From NCBI GenBank assembly GCA_977030845.1, contig OZ365114.1, positions 14,260,001 through 14,324,000 of the forward strand: a DNA stretch of 64,000 nt. Reading direction: 5' to 3'. The notes beneath the pieces are model-generated. The model worked only from the letters and a program-made list of their open reading frames with translations, had not been told where the DNA came from and ran no database searches. How positions within the stretch are numbered: the first letter of the stretch is position 1; each line of letters begins with the position of its first letter. Positions 35,155 to 48,014 of this stretch are shown here, in pieces. The position numbers and the translations under genes were made by a program. The DNA comes from Fimbriosthenelais zetlandica (lineage: Eukaryota).

Positions 35155-36840
35155 AAACAGGGAGAAGAGAGAGAGGGAGGGTGGGGAGGGAGTAGTGCTG
35201 CCAGTCTGTGCTGGCTGCTGCTAGTTAGCCAAGCTATACTCTATGACAGTGGGAGTTCAAATAAATAAGGTACTTATGGGTAAAGTAATCTCTTAATTTT
35301 GGATAGAGTATGTTTGGATAGAGTTCTGTTAAGTGTACGGAAATATTATTCTGTAACTTGTTCAAAGCTATAACCTGTGAATATGGCATATTTATCTTAC
35401 AGATCAATACTATTTCCAATACCTAGTACTAGAGGAATGTCAAAGACTATTTTGTAGATTAGACCGAGGGTCTTCCCAGGCAATGGAGGACTTTGACTGT
35501 TGGAGAGGTAGAGAGATTCTGCGTCGAGTTTTGGGTTCTTAGAAATGGTTCTATTTACCTTCTCTTCTCTTGTTCCATTTTCTAATGTTGTTTTTGTTCA
35601 AGTGCCCTATTTGCATGGACCTGCCCACATGGTGACTGACTTTGTTGTTTATGGGTCTTAGTTTTGTTCTATAATACAGTACGGACATGGCAGATCGTTC
35701 AAAGCATGCATTTAATTTAGAGATTTATAACAAGAAGCTAGCTTGTATGTTGGGTGCATGATATGGGCCACTAATAGTCAGATGAAGCCGTGAGAAACAA
35801 AGAGACTGCGTAAGTCAAGGGGTTATATGCGTACATAAAGGCCCGAGCCATTCACGGGGCATATATTAAATTAGAAAAAATAATTAGCAACTAATTATAA
35901 ATTTCTTTCATTAAAGACGACATACAGCACGACATAAAATGACAAATACATTAATGCACCTGGGGACATATTTTGCGTACATATGGATTGAGGCCTTTGT
36001 ACTTTGTAACAATTCTTATTAGGCCTAACAATTAATCATTTTTTAGCACACCTGTGAAGCTAACTGGAGCGAGGGTACAGGGTCCTCTCATATAAAGTGA
36101 ACGTCCTTCGTGCTCTGTAAACAGGCTCTTATATAACCGTATTTGACGAGGGGAGACATAAAGCCTGCTTTATACTGCCCGTAAAGGCAGCCCTCAATGG
36201 CCCCCACAAGGTGCTCAACTGACAGATCCCCAGTTCAATCGAATAAATCCTCATGAGCTTGGAAAAAAACAGCCTCATGTTTGTAAAAGCTGTTATGATT
36301 ATTCTTTATGGTTGATTAGTTTGGAGACAGAGAGAGGAGGAGGAGAAGGCAGGTCAATGACTTGATGAGTGATACCTTTGTCCTCAGAGATGGAGCACTT
36401 TGTCCCTGTTGAACTAGGACAATGACCTGAGAGCAGTGAAGGGCCTTGCATACATGTATGTGGGAGGGGCTCTGGGTGCAATGACCATCTGGGTGGTGTG
36501 TATATGGGGAAGGGCAGCCGTCCGGCCAGCCATGCATCAGCAATGGCCAGTGGTCATTTGTTTGGATCCTTGGATACCGGGAAATCCCCCTCCACCCCCT
36601 GTAACTAACCAATGTCCTGGTTCGCACTCACAGTGGACTTGACAACCTCGATCCACGCTCACCAACCGTTATAGATTTTTCTCCCTTCTGCTACTGCCCT
36701 CATTAAACCTACCAAGAAATGAACCACCCACCACCCTACCATGCACCACCTTATCAGCACCACCACCACCACTTTCAGCCGTCTCCCAGCAGCCTTCATT
36801 TCCAGGATCCCCGATGCCATTTCTGGGGATATGGAGGGGC

Positions 36841-36907
36841 GAGAGAGGGGAGGTGGGGGAAGGGGAGAGAGGGGAGGTGGGGGAAGGGGAGAGAGGGGAG
36901 GGTAGGG
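36841..36907 (+). repeat. 24-bp G-rich tandem repeat (~2.7 copies) with G-quadruplex potential
   Basis: Unit gagagaggggaggtgggggaaggg. Confidence 0.8.
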
Positions 36908-39112
36908 GAGTCCACTTCTAGGTACCGTAAGAAAGTAGCATATAAAATAGGGACTTTTTCAGCGGCTGTTTGCTACCTCCCAATGCCCCCATTCATCACC
37001 ACTGCGGGGAAAGCGTTCCCATTGATCCGGGTAGGCCCCCTAGTTAGGAGTGAGCTCTTCGGGCCCTCCTCAAACCGCCATTTCTCCAAAGTCTTGTATA
37101 CTTGGTAATGGTCCCTGGAAAAACAGCATTGGTATGACTGATTGAATAAAGCCCTCACAGTCAACACTCCGAGAAGCGATCAGTGGGAAAAGCACCCCGC
37201 TACTATCTCTCTCAATTATGCTTCTATATGGGCTTTTCATAGCCAGGACATGGCAACAAGCTTGTGAATGGCTAAAGGGGATTTTGTGTAAATAAAATTA
37301 CAAAAATTCCTGGATGGATGGATGGAAAGTGGGTGGAGAAATTGGTGCGAAAAAGTTCATTTATAGATCTATAGAAAAGGGTCAATTAGTAAAATGACAT
37401 CAGGCAAAGTCCTGGAGGAATGGAGGGGGCAATGGGTGCAGAGTATGAAGGGAAAGAAATGAGGTAGTTTAATAAAAATTGCCCTTGATTCCTGGATGGT
37501 CTTGGGGTGGGGGAGGGGGGAAGTGTTGGGGGTAGTGATGGCGGGTGAGGGTTTCAGCTAGCACTGAATGACCCTGAGCTTCAGGATGAGCCACTGGGGC
37601 ATGACCAGGCCTGGAGGAGGCTGGAGGATGGAGGAGAGGGGACTGAGTGCAGAATGAACATGGGTCAGTCAGTGTGGACATAAACCTTCACACTCACATG
37701 CTGCGAGCTATGACACATGTAAATGAGGCATTACTCATACTGTGTAAGAGGTGAGAAAGACGACACTGACCATTGGTGCTTCAATGAGTGTCAACCGACT
37801 ACATACATAGCCAGCGGGATAGGCCCACTGTGCCTAAAGGCATGAGATAAGTTTCATAATAAACCTTTTTACAAACAATTAATTTGATAGCTATTAGAGG
37901 TCTGTATAAGTCCAGAAATAAAGTAAATAATTATACATGTATGCCTATAGATCAATGTACAATGTATGTCAAATTCAGTAGCATGAATGTGTATCTCCAA
38001 ATATGCGGGCATTGGTGACGAGGGGGTGTTTGGAAATGCGTATGTCCTATCTTTTAACCCCCTGTGAAGCTTTTTACCAGTTGGTGTGTTTTGGAAATAC
38101 AATGCACATTCACCTGAATGGTTGGCTTGTTGGTTCCAACTAAACTACCCCCAACCCCTTCCCTACTTCCCCCACAATGGACACACAGCAGAGCCTCTGC
38201 TGCAAGTGTGAAAGCTAAGGCCCGTCCTGTATCTCGAACCCACTACCAGCTGGGAATAACAACCCCCCCACCAACCTACTAGTACCCCTACTCCGGTGTC
38301 TCTTCACACTAAACCCTACCCCCACCCCACCCCCAATCCTTATGCAATAGGCGCATAGCAGGCTTTTCTACGAGTAGGCTCTTACCCTCACCCTGGTGTC
38401 TCTTCCGTGCATACTCCCCCCCCCCCCCCCCACACACCCTGCTGACATATAGCTTTTATATAGCTGGTGCCTTCCATACATGTATTCAATTCAAATGCAT
38501 ATGTCAATGTATGACAAATTCAACTGCACCCATGTATATTATATGCCAATCAACTGCATGTAGATGTATGTCAATGTATGTCTAAAATGCACTTTCAATA
38601 TTTCAATTACAACAAAGGAACTTTTGTATTGAGACTCTCGGAAACAAAAAAATAAGAGAAAGGAAATAAATAATGAGTGAAGAAAAATCACTGCCACACC
38701 AAAACAGGTTCTGTGACAAGTGGAGACGAGCATGGCGTGGACGATTGTTTGTAAATGAGTAGTAAATCTGGAGGCGATTGTTGGAGGCGATCCAGTATAG
38801 GAAGAGCAGGGGGTGGGGGTGGAGGATGAACACCTACCTAGTTTCCTAGTGAATCCAGGTACGACCTGTCTCTACCAACCTCCGTGATGTCACCGTACAT
38901 GAGTATATACATTACACACCCCTATATATACACATGTATACTCAATATACACAGGTTCCTTGTCTTCTACGTATTTTTATATCAAGGTATAATCAATCAA
39001 GGACACCAACGTTTTCCTTTCTTTTCTTTTTTTACATACTTATTTCACTTTTTTAAAGTCACCAGTGGGGATCTTTTTTTTCTTTTTTACTCCATTTCAC
39101 TCAAAATAGAAT

Positions 39113-39207
39113 AATGAATTATGGCAAATGAAATCTTGACACGAAAATCTTGACATGAATTATGAAAAATGAAATTTTGACATGAATTACGACAAATGAA
39201 ATCTTGA
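39113..39207. repeat. Short degenerate ~27-bp tandem repeat
   Basis: atgaattatg.caaatgaaatcttgac recurs about 3 times. Confidence 0.65.
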
Positions 39208-40499
39208 AGAGTACACACCAGGTGGTAATCTTTGTAAAGGTTGTATTTATAAACACAGGATTAAAAAATACAACTAAGCAGGAAAATCCTGATCTTCAAG
39301 TCACGGAAATCATGAGTTTCACTTATATAACTAAAGGATGATTTGATATGGTACATTACCATTTTTATCACGACTTTAAAATGCCCCTATATTAAAGTCC
39401 ATTAAAGTTATCTAGAGTAATGGAAATCTTCCTCAATAGATTATCTCCAATCCCCTTAATTATCTATCTGGGAAGTTGGAAGTACGGGTAATTAACTTAT
39501 TTATATAATGTGATTAGACCACAATTGATCAATTATATTTATCCATTTCCTTCTTGCTGATTATTATACATGTACTGATTTTTCACAGGTAATAATTAAC
39601 TGCTTCCTCAAATCCAACATCCCAGTCAGCGCTTAAAGATAATTAACTTCATGAAACTAGGGGATTTCCTCAGGAAACCAAGCAAAGGCAGGTGTCTTAT
39701 AACAGAGAAATGCGTTATATAATTGCATATACATTTGTATCCTCTATGATCTAGCGATATTAGCCATAGATTTAGCATTGCTTTTGAAACAGGCCCCCTT
39801 AAAATTTTAGTTATAATTGAACGAATAATTATTAAACATTATATCTAAAACTAGCTCAGGAATGAGTAAAGATTCCTCCAGAGGGTCCATCATATTTTCA
39901 GGGATGACAGTTGACCAAGGCAAAAAAAACCAAAGTTTTTGAAGGACCCAAACCAGCATATAATAACAAATAAGAAAACACCAACATTTTTGCGCTTTTC
40001 AGGATGTCACATGCAGATTTTTCCCAAACTTCCAAGATGATGAAAAAAACTGAAATCGGTAGTTCTCCTTACGGAGAAAAATCTTATTTTTTCTGGGCTC
40101 ATGCTGTGGGAAATTTTGGCTTGCCTGTCATTAGTAGGCCTATACATCAGCTACATGTACAACAGACTGCAGCCCAACCCAAAAATCAATAGCCCTGGAA
40201 ATGACCAGGGGTTTGACCTCAACGGGTCTGATCTTGGGGAAACCCCAAAATGAGTTGGCTTTTATAATCCAGATTGACCTCACTGTTTTGGAGGGGGATT
40301 CTGCCCTTACATGGCTATGTGAGTATGAAGGGATCATGCATGGCCAGCCAGGTGTGACGGTCTGTTATGTCACATGTAGAGTGTAGAGATGTAAATGAGG
40401 GTCAGCTGAGTGCTACCAGTCATAACAGTCACGACTGACGGTAGTCACAGACTAGTACCATGTGTTACACACTCCTATACATGCTATCTGGGACGCTCG

Positions 40500-40845
40500 C
40501 TCACCTTTACCGCCCTCCCTCTCTGTCTCTCATTCCTGTGTCGTGGCACTATCATTTTCTCGGTTTCCTGCTCACCTCTCTGTTTCTCTTTCCGACCCAA
40601 ATTTTCTCACTTTCTCCTTGTATCATTCTCTCTGTCTCTTCCCTCAATCTCTTCCTGAGTTCCTTTGCTTCCCCCTACCCCTCTCTTACCCTCTCCGTCT
40701 CTCTCTGGTTCTATCCCCCTCTCCCTCTTATTCTCTCATCTCTCTCTCTCTCTCTCATCTCCCTCCATATCTCTCCATGTCTCGGCCTCCCTCTCACTCT
40801 CTTTCTCTCTCGCTCTCTATCTACTCTCCCCTACTCATCTCTGTC
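40500..40845. repeat. CT-rich low-complexity tract
   Basis: Degenerate (CT)n; source of ORFs at 40410-40972. Confidence 0.9.
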
Positions 40846-43836
40846 TCACATGAATCGCGTGAGTTCAGTCATGATGAGTCAGGGGGGAGACCATGTCAAA
40901 CTAACAGTGATTAAGTCACTACACACAAGATTAATCAATCAAGATATTTTCTCCACTATGACTTTTAATTAGTCAATCAAGATTTCTCTCCACTTTTAAT
41001 AAGACCACATACTTCAATGAATATTCAATTATATCAGCAGTATTTCATTGTAAATACCTTATTATAAATTACACCTATATTCTTTAAACCTAGTAGAGGG
41101 CATTATTTCAATTTGGCAACAGACCTCACCCCAAGCCATATGGTGAGATCCACAAATGATCAAAAACACCATGTGGGGAATAACCATGATACCCTTGAGA
41201 TAATAGCTACAAATTGGTGTGTGGGAAAACTCTTATTTCAGACACAATGGACTCTTTTGTGCTCAGGTGAATGCCTGGAGGGAAGGTGGCCAGTTATAGG
41301 TATAACTGCTGGTAAATGTGCACCTAATAGTTGAGTTGGGGGGGGGGGTGTAGGGATGTAATATGGTACATATATGGCAGGTGTTGTGTAGACGACCATG
41401 CTTGATCAGGATGAGTGAGGGGGTGGGGGTGGGGGCAGGAAATGTCTGTTTCCAGTAGACACTGCATGATATATAATGTACTATACATGTTTATATGGGT
41501 GAGCTGGTTCGACCAGGTGTGGGATAGGAGGAGTGGGAGGGGGTAGATGGAGAGAGGAAGTACATATGAGTGCTTACATTACATGGATTAATGTACATGA
41601 TATGGGATTTGAAAAAAAAACCCAAACTTCTGTGAGCAAAGATGTACATGTATAGAAATCTCCAACAGCAGGGAAGGTGTCTACAGGCCAATTTCCTCAT
41701 TAAAGATGCCCGAGAAAGGCATTTGCTTCATCAATGGTTGGATAGATTTAACGCCATGTCAGGTGCTTAGGTTATCGTTATGGCTATCTTCTGTGGCTAT
41801 AAAAGATTTCTATCAATGGATATGAAGCAATCATATGAGAAAGCACATGTTCTAACCAGCGCATTCCGGTACACAACTTATGTTTGTAATAACATAAAAG
41901 GCCTGCTACTGTGGTGGCAACATCTGACACAGTCTGAGACATGGTAGCTTTGTTGAAAGGCAGAAACCACATAATGGATCTGACACAAGTGTATAAGGAC
42001 ATGATTACCACCAGTACTGACATACGGTAGCTGGTATAAAGTGACGGGGTATTACAGGGGAATTACAGCTCATTAACCCCGCCTGGCCGTATCCCTCAAC
42101 ACTGCCATCACTCAAACTCAGGCCACTTCCGGCTCCAGCCGTCTGTACAGAAAGCACCCAGAGACAGGGCAATGGCATGTATTCCAGCAATAACAAGACA
42201 CTTCAAAAAATATAATGTGATATATGGAACACTCTGGGGATGTTTCTGATGAATAGTCTTTTGCGTGAGTGGGGGTTGGTGGTTGAGAAATGGCGAGGTG
42301 GGGTGGGGTGGGGGGTGTTTTTAATGGTGTACAGGGAAGATTTTCGACAAGGGAGTGGGTAAAGGGGGTAAGATCTAAGAAAAAAGGGGGTACCTTTTCA
42401 TAAAGAATACTAATTAATTGATGAACAAATCATCTTGAGGGTGGGGGGTGGGGGGGGGGGGGTTACTGACCTCTAGATCCCCCCTTGATCCGCCCCCGGA
42501 GTGCACAATAGGAGGTATAGAAACTTATTACGTAGTGCACCTGGTAGAGTGTTGGGGAACATTACATGAGTATTAGGACCTCGGGCAGCAGTATACTTAA
42601 TACAGCTGGGGTGAGTGGGTGCAAGTGTGAGCGGGTACAGATGAACATCTGCTGGACGGCTGGCAGATGGAAGGATCCAAGTCATCAGGTGTAGTCATGT
42701 GTAATGTTCAATGGCTGTGGTGGATTCAGATGACATGACTGGTGCGAGAAGTTGATAGGGGCTAAATGACTGTATCTAATACGTACAGTATGAACCAAAA
42801 TGAGTGTTCTGCTTTAAAATGATAAAAATTATTCACCATTTTACTGTTACTGAAAAGGGAGCAATACAGAAAGAGATCTGATCGACTTCTAATAAAAGAT
42901 TCTATCAGGATAATACAAAACAATAAATTGTTTGGATTGTTTTGTTTCAGTTAAATAAAATCTTTTAGCAGTCCTGAAATTGGATATTTCTAACTAAATA
43001 AAATTGTAGATTCATATACATTTTATGTTCTTCATTTCTACATCAACACGCTCAGTTGGAAAACATATCGTGGGAAAATATTCATTCTTACAAGAAAACA
43101 TGTTTTCTATTCCCTTATACTACTCATACTCTCTTCCATTGACAAACATGGGAAAATATGGATATGAATTGAGTTCAAAGGCCGCCGGTGTAAAAAGTGA
43201 CATTTCATGAAAAGTCAAGGAGAAAACCTCAATGGAGTCACGAAGCCTTGGACCTTGAGAGAAAAGGTGTCTTTCTTTCCTTCACCTTTTCTCCAACTTT
43301 CCCCTCGTCATTTTCCCTCGCATTCCAGGGCGATGAACAATCATGTATAAACAGCCCAAATAGATCTTACCCAAGTATTGTGTACACATACACTGACAAA
43401 TCATGGCACTGAAAATCTTGGCTTGACTGAATACTGAGGAATTGGTCTTTGAGTTTTGTCAATGATAGCTTTCTGGCCTGATCCAATCATGGCCAATGCC
43501 ATGGAGTAGCAGACCGCAGATGAAAAACTGTGAACTTTTGAGAGATGTAATAAGGGAGGCCTGAGCACGTTTCTCATGTCAGAGAGACTTGACCATATTA
43601 AGCTAACAGTTCCTAGAGACATGTTATTTGTCCATGACCACAGGTAGCCTATAGACTACAGTATAATAATATTTCTCATTATGGTCTTAATTGATGAACA
43701 TCCCTTCCACATCAAGCGGGAAGAATAAACACTAATGGAATTACGAAGAACCTATTTGGATTCTCAGAACTAATAACTCTTTTTACGCTCTTCATGTAAA
43801 TATATTAAACGTATAGCTATCTTAGGTATGTAATAT

Positions 43837-44265
43837 AAATATGTAATACCAACAGTGGCAAATAGGCAACACCAACAGTGACAATTTGGTGACACCAACA
43901 GTGGCAAATATGTAATACCAACAGTGGCAAATGGGCAACACCAACAGTGACAAATTGGTGACACCAACTGTGGCAAATATGTAATACCAACAGTGGCAAA
44001 TAGCAACACCAACAGTGACAAATATGTAATACCAACAGTGACAAATAGGCAACACCAACAGTGACAAATTGGTGACACCAACAGTGGCAAATATGTAATA
44101 CCAACAGTGGCAAATAGGTAACATCAACAGTGGCAAATAGGCAACACCAACAGTGGCAAGTAGGAGACGCCAACAGTGGCAAGTAGGAGGTACCAACAGT
44201 GGCAAAGGTGGAAACACCAACAGTGGCAAGTAGGAGACACAAACAGTGGCCCCATAACAGTGGCA
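43837..44265. repeat. 23-bp minisatellite (~18-19 units) with a conserved core, variable tail and A-B-C higher-order pattern
   Basis: Core caacagtggcaaa; tails tatgtaatac / taggcaacac / ttggtgacac; explains the Cys/Leu-periodic ORFs at 43770-44331. Confidence 0.92.
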
Positions 44266-44514
44266 CTTTACTTGCAGGAACTTGGGGTAATTTCTATCCC
44301 AATGTTGCCACTGTTGGTGGAGCTGCGCCAACAGTTAGGATGTGTAACAGTGTAAATGTCAACCCTTAATTTTTGGTCACCTTAAAAAACCCAGCAGTTA
44401 AGGTCCAGGCCAGAAGCTGAAAACAATGGTCAAATACTGATTACTGCGAAATAGAAGTAATCAGTATAACTTAATTCAAGCATAAAAATTAAAATAAAAT
44501 GTTTAAATACTTAC

Positions 44515-44638
44515 ATGTAATAGAGGGGAAGAATACTGTCCTTCTCACTCGGCTATCTGTTGTGGCAGATATCTCTAACCGAACTCATGTTGGATCCACG
44601 GAGACTGAGCGACTTCTCCAAAGTGTGCTGCAAGGATC
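44515..44638 (-). other. Candidate non-coding 5'-UTR exon of the adaptor gene (124 nt)
   Basis: Acceptor ttgtcttttcag and donor GTAAGTA; all three frames contain stops; GC-richer than its flanks. Confidence 0.4.
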
Positions 44639-44874
44639 CTGAAAAGACAAGAACGATTGTAAGATACAAGAGTCAGGTTTGTTTCTAATCATCATTATGC
44701 CTTTCTGAGGTGAAGGAGGATGGTTTAAAGCATGATGACTATATGGGACGCTGTCTGGATGACTGGACGGCTGGCTAGTGGCTTTGGTTGCTTACATTGA
44801 TGTGGTATGTTTGGATAGTTGTGAACACTAATTAATGACCTTAATGAAGCCTCTTTTCTCTAATTGCTTTCATC

Positions 44875-44915
44875 TGTGATTGTCTCTCTGTTATTCTCTT
44901 AATCTCTCTCCCTCT

Positions 44916-44955
<40 letters not shown>

Positions 44956-45060
44956 CTTTGTCCTGCCCTCTCTCTCTTCCTTCCTATCTCACTCTCCATC
45001 CTCTCCCTCCCAGTCCCACCATCTCTCCCTCCATCTGCCCCTCTCTGATATCTCTGGCTT
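44875..45060. repeat. CT-rich tract (an opposite-polarity GA tract lies at ~45945-46110)
   Basis: (CT)n run at ~44925-44950. Confidence 0.9.
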
Positions 45061-47983
45061 ATATCTTTCTGACCTACACTCAACAAAAACATAACACAAG
45101 TCAGGTAAGATGGAATATACAGAATCGTTGCTGGCTTCCCATTCTGCTTTTCTTTTAACAAATTAATTTCAAGATGTTTTCCCAAGATTCCTTGGCGCAA
45201 ACAAACCTAATAACTCATTCCGCTTTGACAATTAATCATTTCAGATATGTAAACACACTCAGTGATTTTCAAAAATATACCAGTACACTTCAAATCGGGA
45301 AAGTTCCAGACAAGTATAATACCTCAGAAATATGCCAAAACCTTCTTACACGCACCTGCAGTAAAAAAGACACGGTGCTGTCACTCATGAACGATAAAGT
45401 CACAGATGTTTAAAGTACATGAGACTCACTACACTGTCACTCAGTCCCACTGATGTCACTCAATGTGGACAACCTGGCTTTCCCCGTGTCAAAAGCTGGG
45501 ACGTGCCATGACCTATACTACTAGGCTACTCTTCTCATGTTAAAGCTTGGATGAGCTTATAAAACCAAACACTGGTCCCATACCAAGCATGAGTTAGTGC
45601 TATAAATATGTTCTGTGATCTCATGATCAAGTGGAGGTGGCATGATGGAAATAACGATATATGTCCACAATCACAATCCTTGCATCATAACAATGGGAAT
45701 TTACTGCAAATATTGCTAACAAAAAGACATTTTAAATAGGTGGCAATACGTAAATAGTTAAAAAGATACATTCCATATAAACAATTATGAAATAAAATAC
45801 ATTTATTTAAAATAAATGTATCTGGAAATGCATTAAAAAAATGTCAGAGAAATTACTTTCGGAAATCAGGGGAGGGGTTATATTAGTTTCTATATTGTGT
45901 ATAAATAATTTCCTCTCCTATTTCCTTTTCTAGATAATGGTAGAGAGAAAGGAGAAGAGACAGAGATTGTGAGAGAGGGACAGAGAAAGGGGGAGAGGGA
46001 TGGATGGAGAGTGAGTGTGAGATAGAGGGACAGGAGAGAAAGGGGTAATGGAGAGGGAGGGAGAGGGGCAGTGGGAGAGAGAGGCAGAAGGGGAGAAGGA
46101 GAGAGATGGGAATGAGTTCCAGGAAGGCGTGGTGGCCTGGATGTTAGTAGTGTTGATGACGGGTCTCTCATGACAGTCTCATGGTCCATGTTAAATAGGA
46201 TGACACATAAACCAGCGTGTTTGTTATAAACATTACAGACAGTTAGCTATGACGCAAGGCTTCACTCAGACAACGGTCAACATCGTGTCCATCTACTTAA
46301 TACAACCCCCACAAGCCAAGCCCCATTCCTCATCAGTTGACAACTTGTTATCAAAAGGATGCAATTTAGGCTAATGTCATATAATATTGCATATTTCATA
46401 ATTTGTCACCTATTTTTCCATTTCCCTTCTATGTCTCATTTCATAATTTCTAAAACAAAACAAGGATTGACTTGGAACCCGTTTCAAAACGAATATTAAT
46501 ATCCTACTTTGCCTGCTATAGTATTCCTTTTGAGATTATGCTCCTGGGCTCCCTGAAACCGATATTTGGTATTATATCGTCTTGATCTTAATACATTAAT
46601 TATAACTTCAGTGTGAAGCCAAAACGTTTTGGATTATAGTGCACCTGAAGACAGAGCGTGCCAGCCATCGGCAGGTGCCACAGTATCAAATAGCCGAGAA
46701 ATGAAATGAGTCGAGATCTTGTACCGTGATGTCTCCATGCGGCACGGTAACATGGTGAGATGGTACCGTAAGACTACCGTATAGCATTAGCCCTAGTACA
46801 GGACAATGTGACATATGACAACAAATTCCTTAATAATGTCACTGCTTAGCGGAGGAAAGATAATGAAAATATTCTAAACAAAAATATATTTTAAAGGGCT
46901 AAACATATTCCACCGTATTTCTTATTGTTTTCACTATGCATTTTCTGGTTTATGTTTAAAATCATTGCGGAATGACCAGAAAGGGTAAAAAATACAATCA
47001 AATAATAAAATAATAAAAAAAAGCATCTGAAATAGTATCAATACCAGTCAACGTATTATAGATTCGGGGGGCATGATTCGGGAGAAAGATGTGCTACATT
47101 AATTACTCCATAGCATTATGTGGCACATTTTGTTAGCAAACACACCCCTGGATTATATATAATATGCACATGAAAATTCACCCTGAAGTGAAATATCATA
47201 GTTCCAAGAACAGCCATGACACGGAGGGACATTTTAGAGCTCATATTATATATAGATATATATTACTATATCGTGATTGCAATAGAGTATAATTAGATAA
47301 AAACATTCTCCGGCCAGAACGGCTCAGCCAGAGCCAGATCCGATCAAGTTAGAGTGGGGGAAGTCCCCTTATATGTACTGCTTAACTTTGCCTGGTGATC
47401 CGAGAAAATATACATGTATCCATAAACTGACCATTACATGAAGTTTGAGTCATACATGTTCCAGACTGATTAATGAATTGTAGTTTTCCCCTTTATAGAA
47501 CAAATTTCTCTCAGAGTCATGGTTAATTTTGACAGCTTCTGCGTTCTCTGCTGCCCATAGGAATACGTAATTTTTCCGCCATCGCTTTCAGTTTCAACAT
47601 TTCCATGACATTTCTGTCGGCGAGGGAATCCCGGCCATGGCAGATAAAAACGCGAAATATGCTTAATCGAAAATAAAAAAATAATTTAATTGAACATATA
47701 TGGAAAGATATTAATACCTATTAACTGTACTTTCACCCATAGGAATTTGCTTCAGAGACAATGTTTAGGGAATGACTTATAATAATGTGGTTCTTCCACT
47801 TGGCCGCCTCTGTCTCCACTCTCATCCTTCTAAACCCCATTCCTTGCATTCTCTGCATACTTCATGGCAGAATCTACCAATGAAGGAAACCAAAGAGTTG
47901 GTACAATTGACAGTGGGACGTTTCCGGTGCACTCACTGGATTGAACGGTACAATGTCATCTTATATGACCGCAAAAAAAGTGT

Positions 47984-48014
<31 letters not shown>

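Noticed and set aside
40410-40972. 150-170-aa S/L/P-rich ORFs (also at 616, 25395, 33069, 44841, 61544)
   Set aside because: By-products of CT/GA low-complexity tracts.
43837-44265. CRISPR array
   Set aside because: Spacers are only ~10 nt and recur, there are no cas genes and the context is eukaryotic; it is a minisatellite.
43770-44331. Cys-rich repeat proteins (ORFs of 106-169 aa)
   Set aside because: Translations of the 23-bp repeat in shifting frames, with no splice support.
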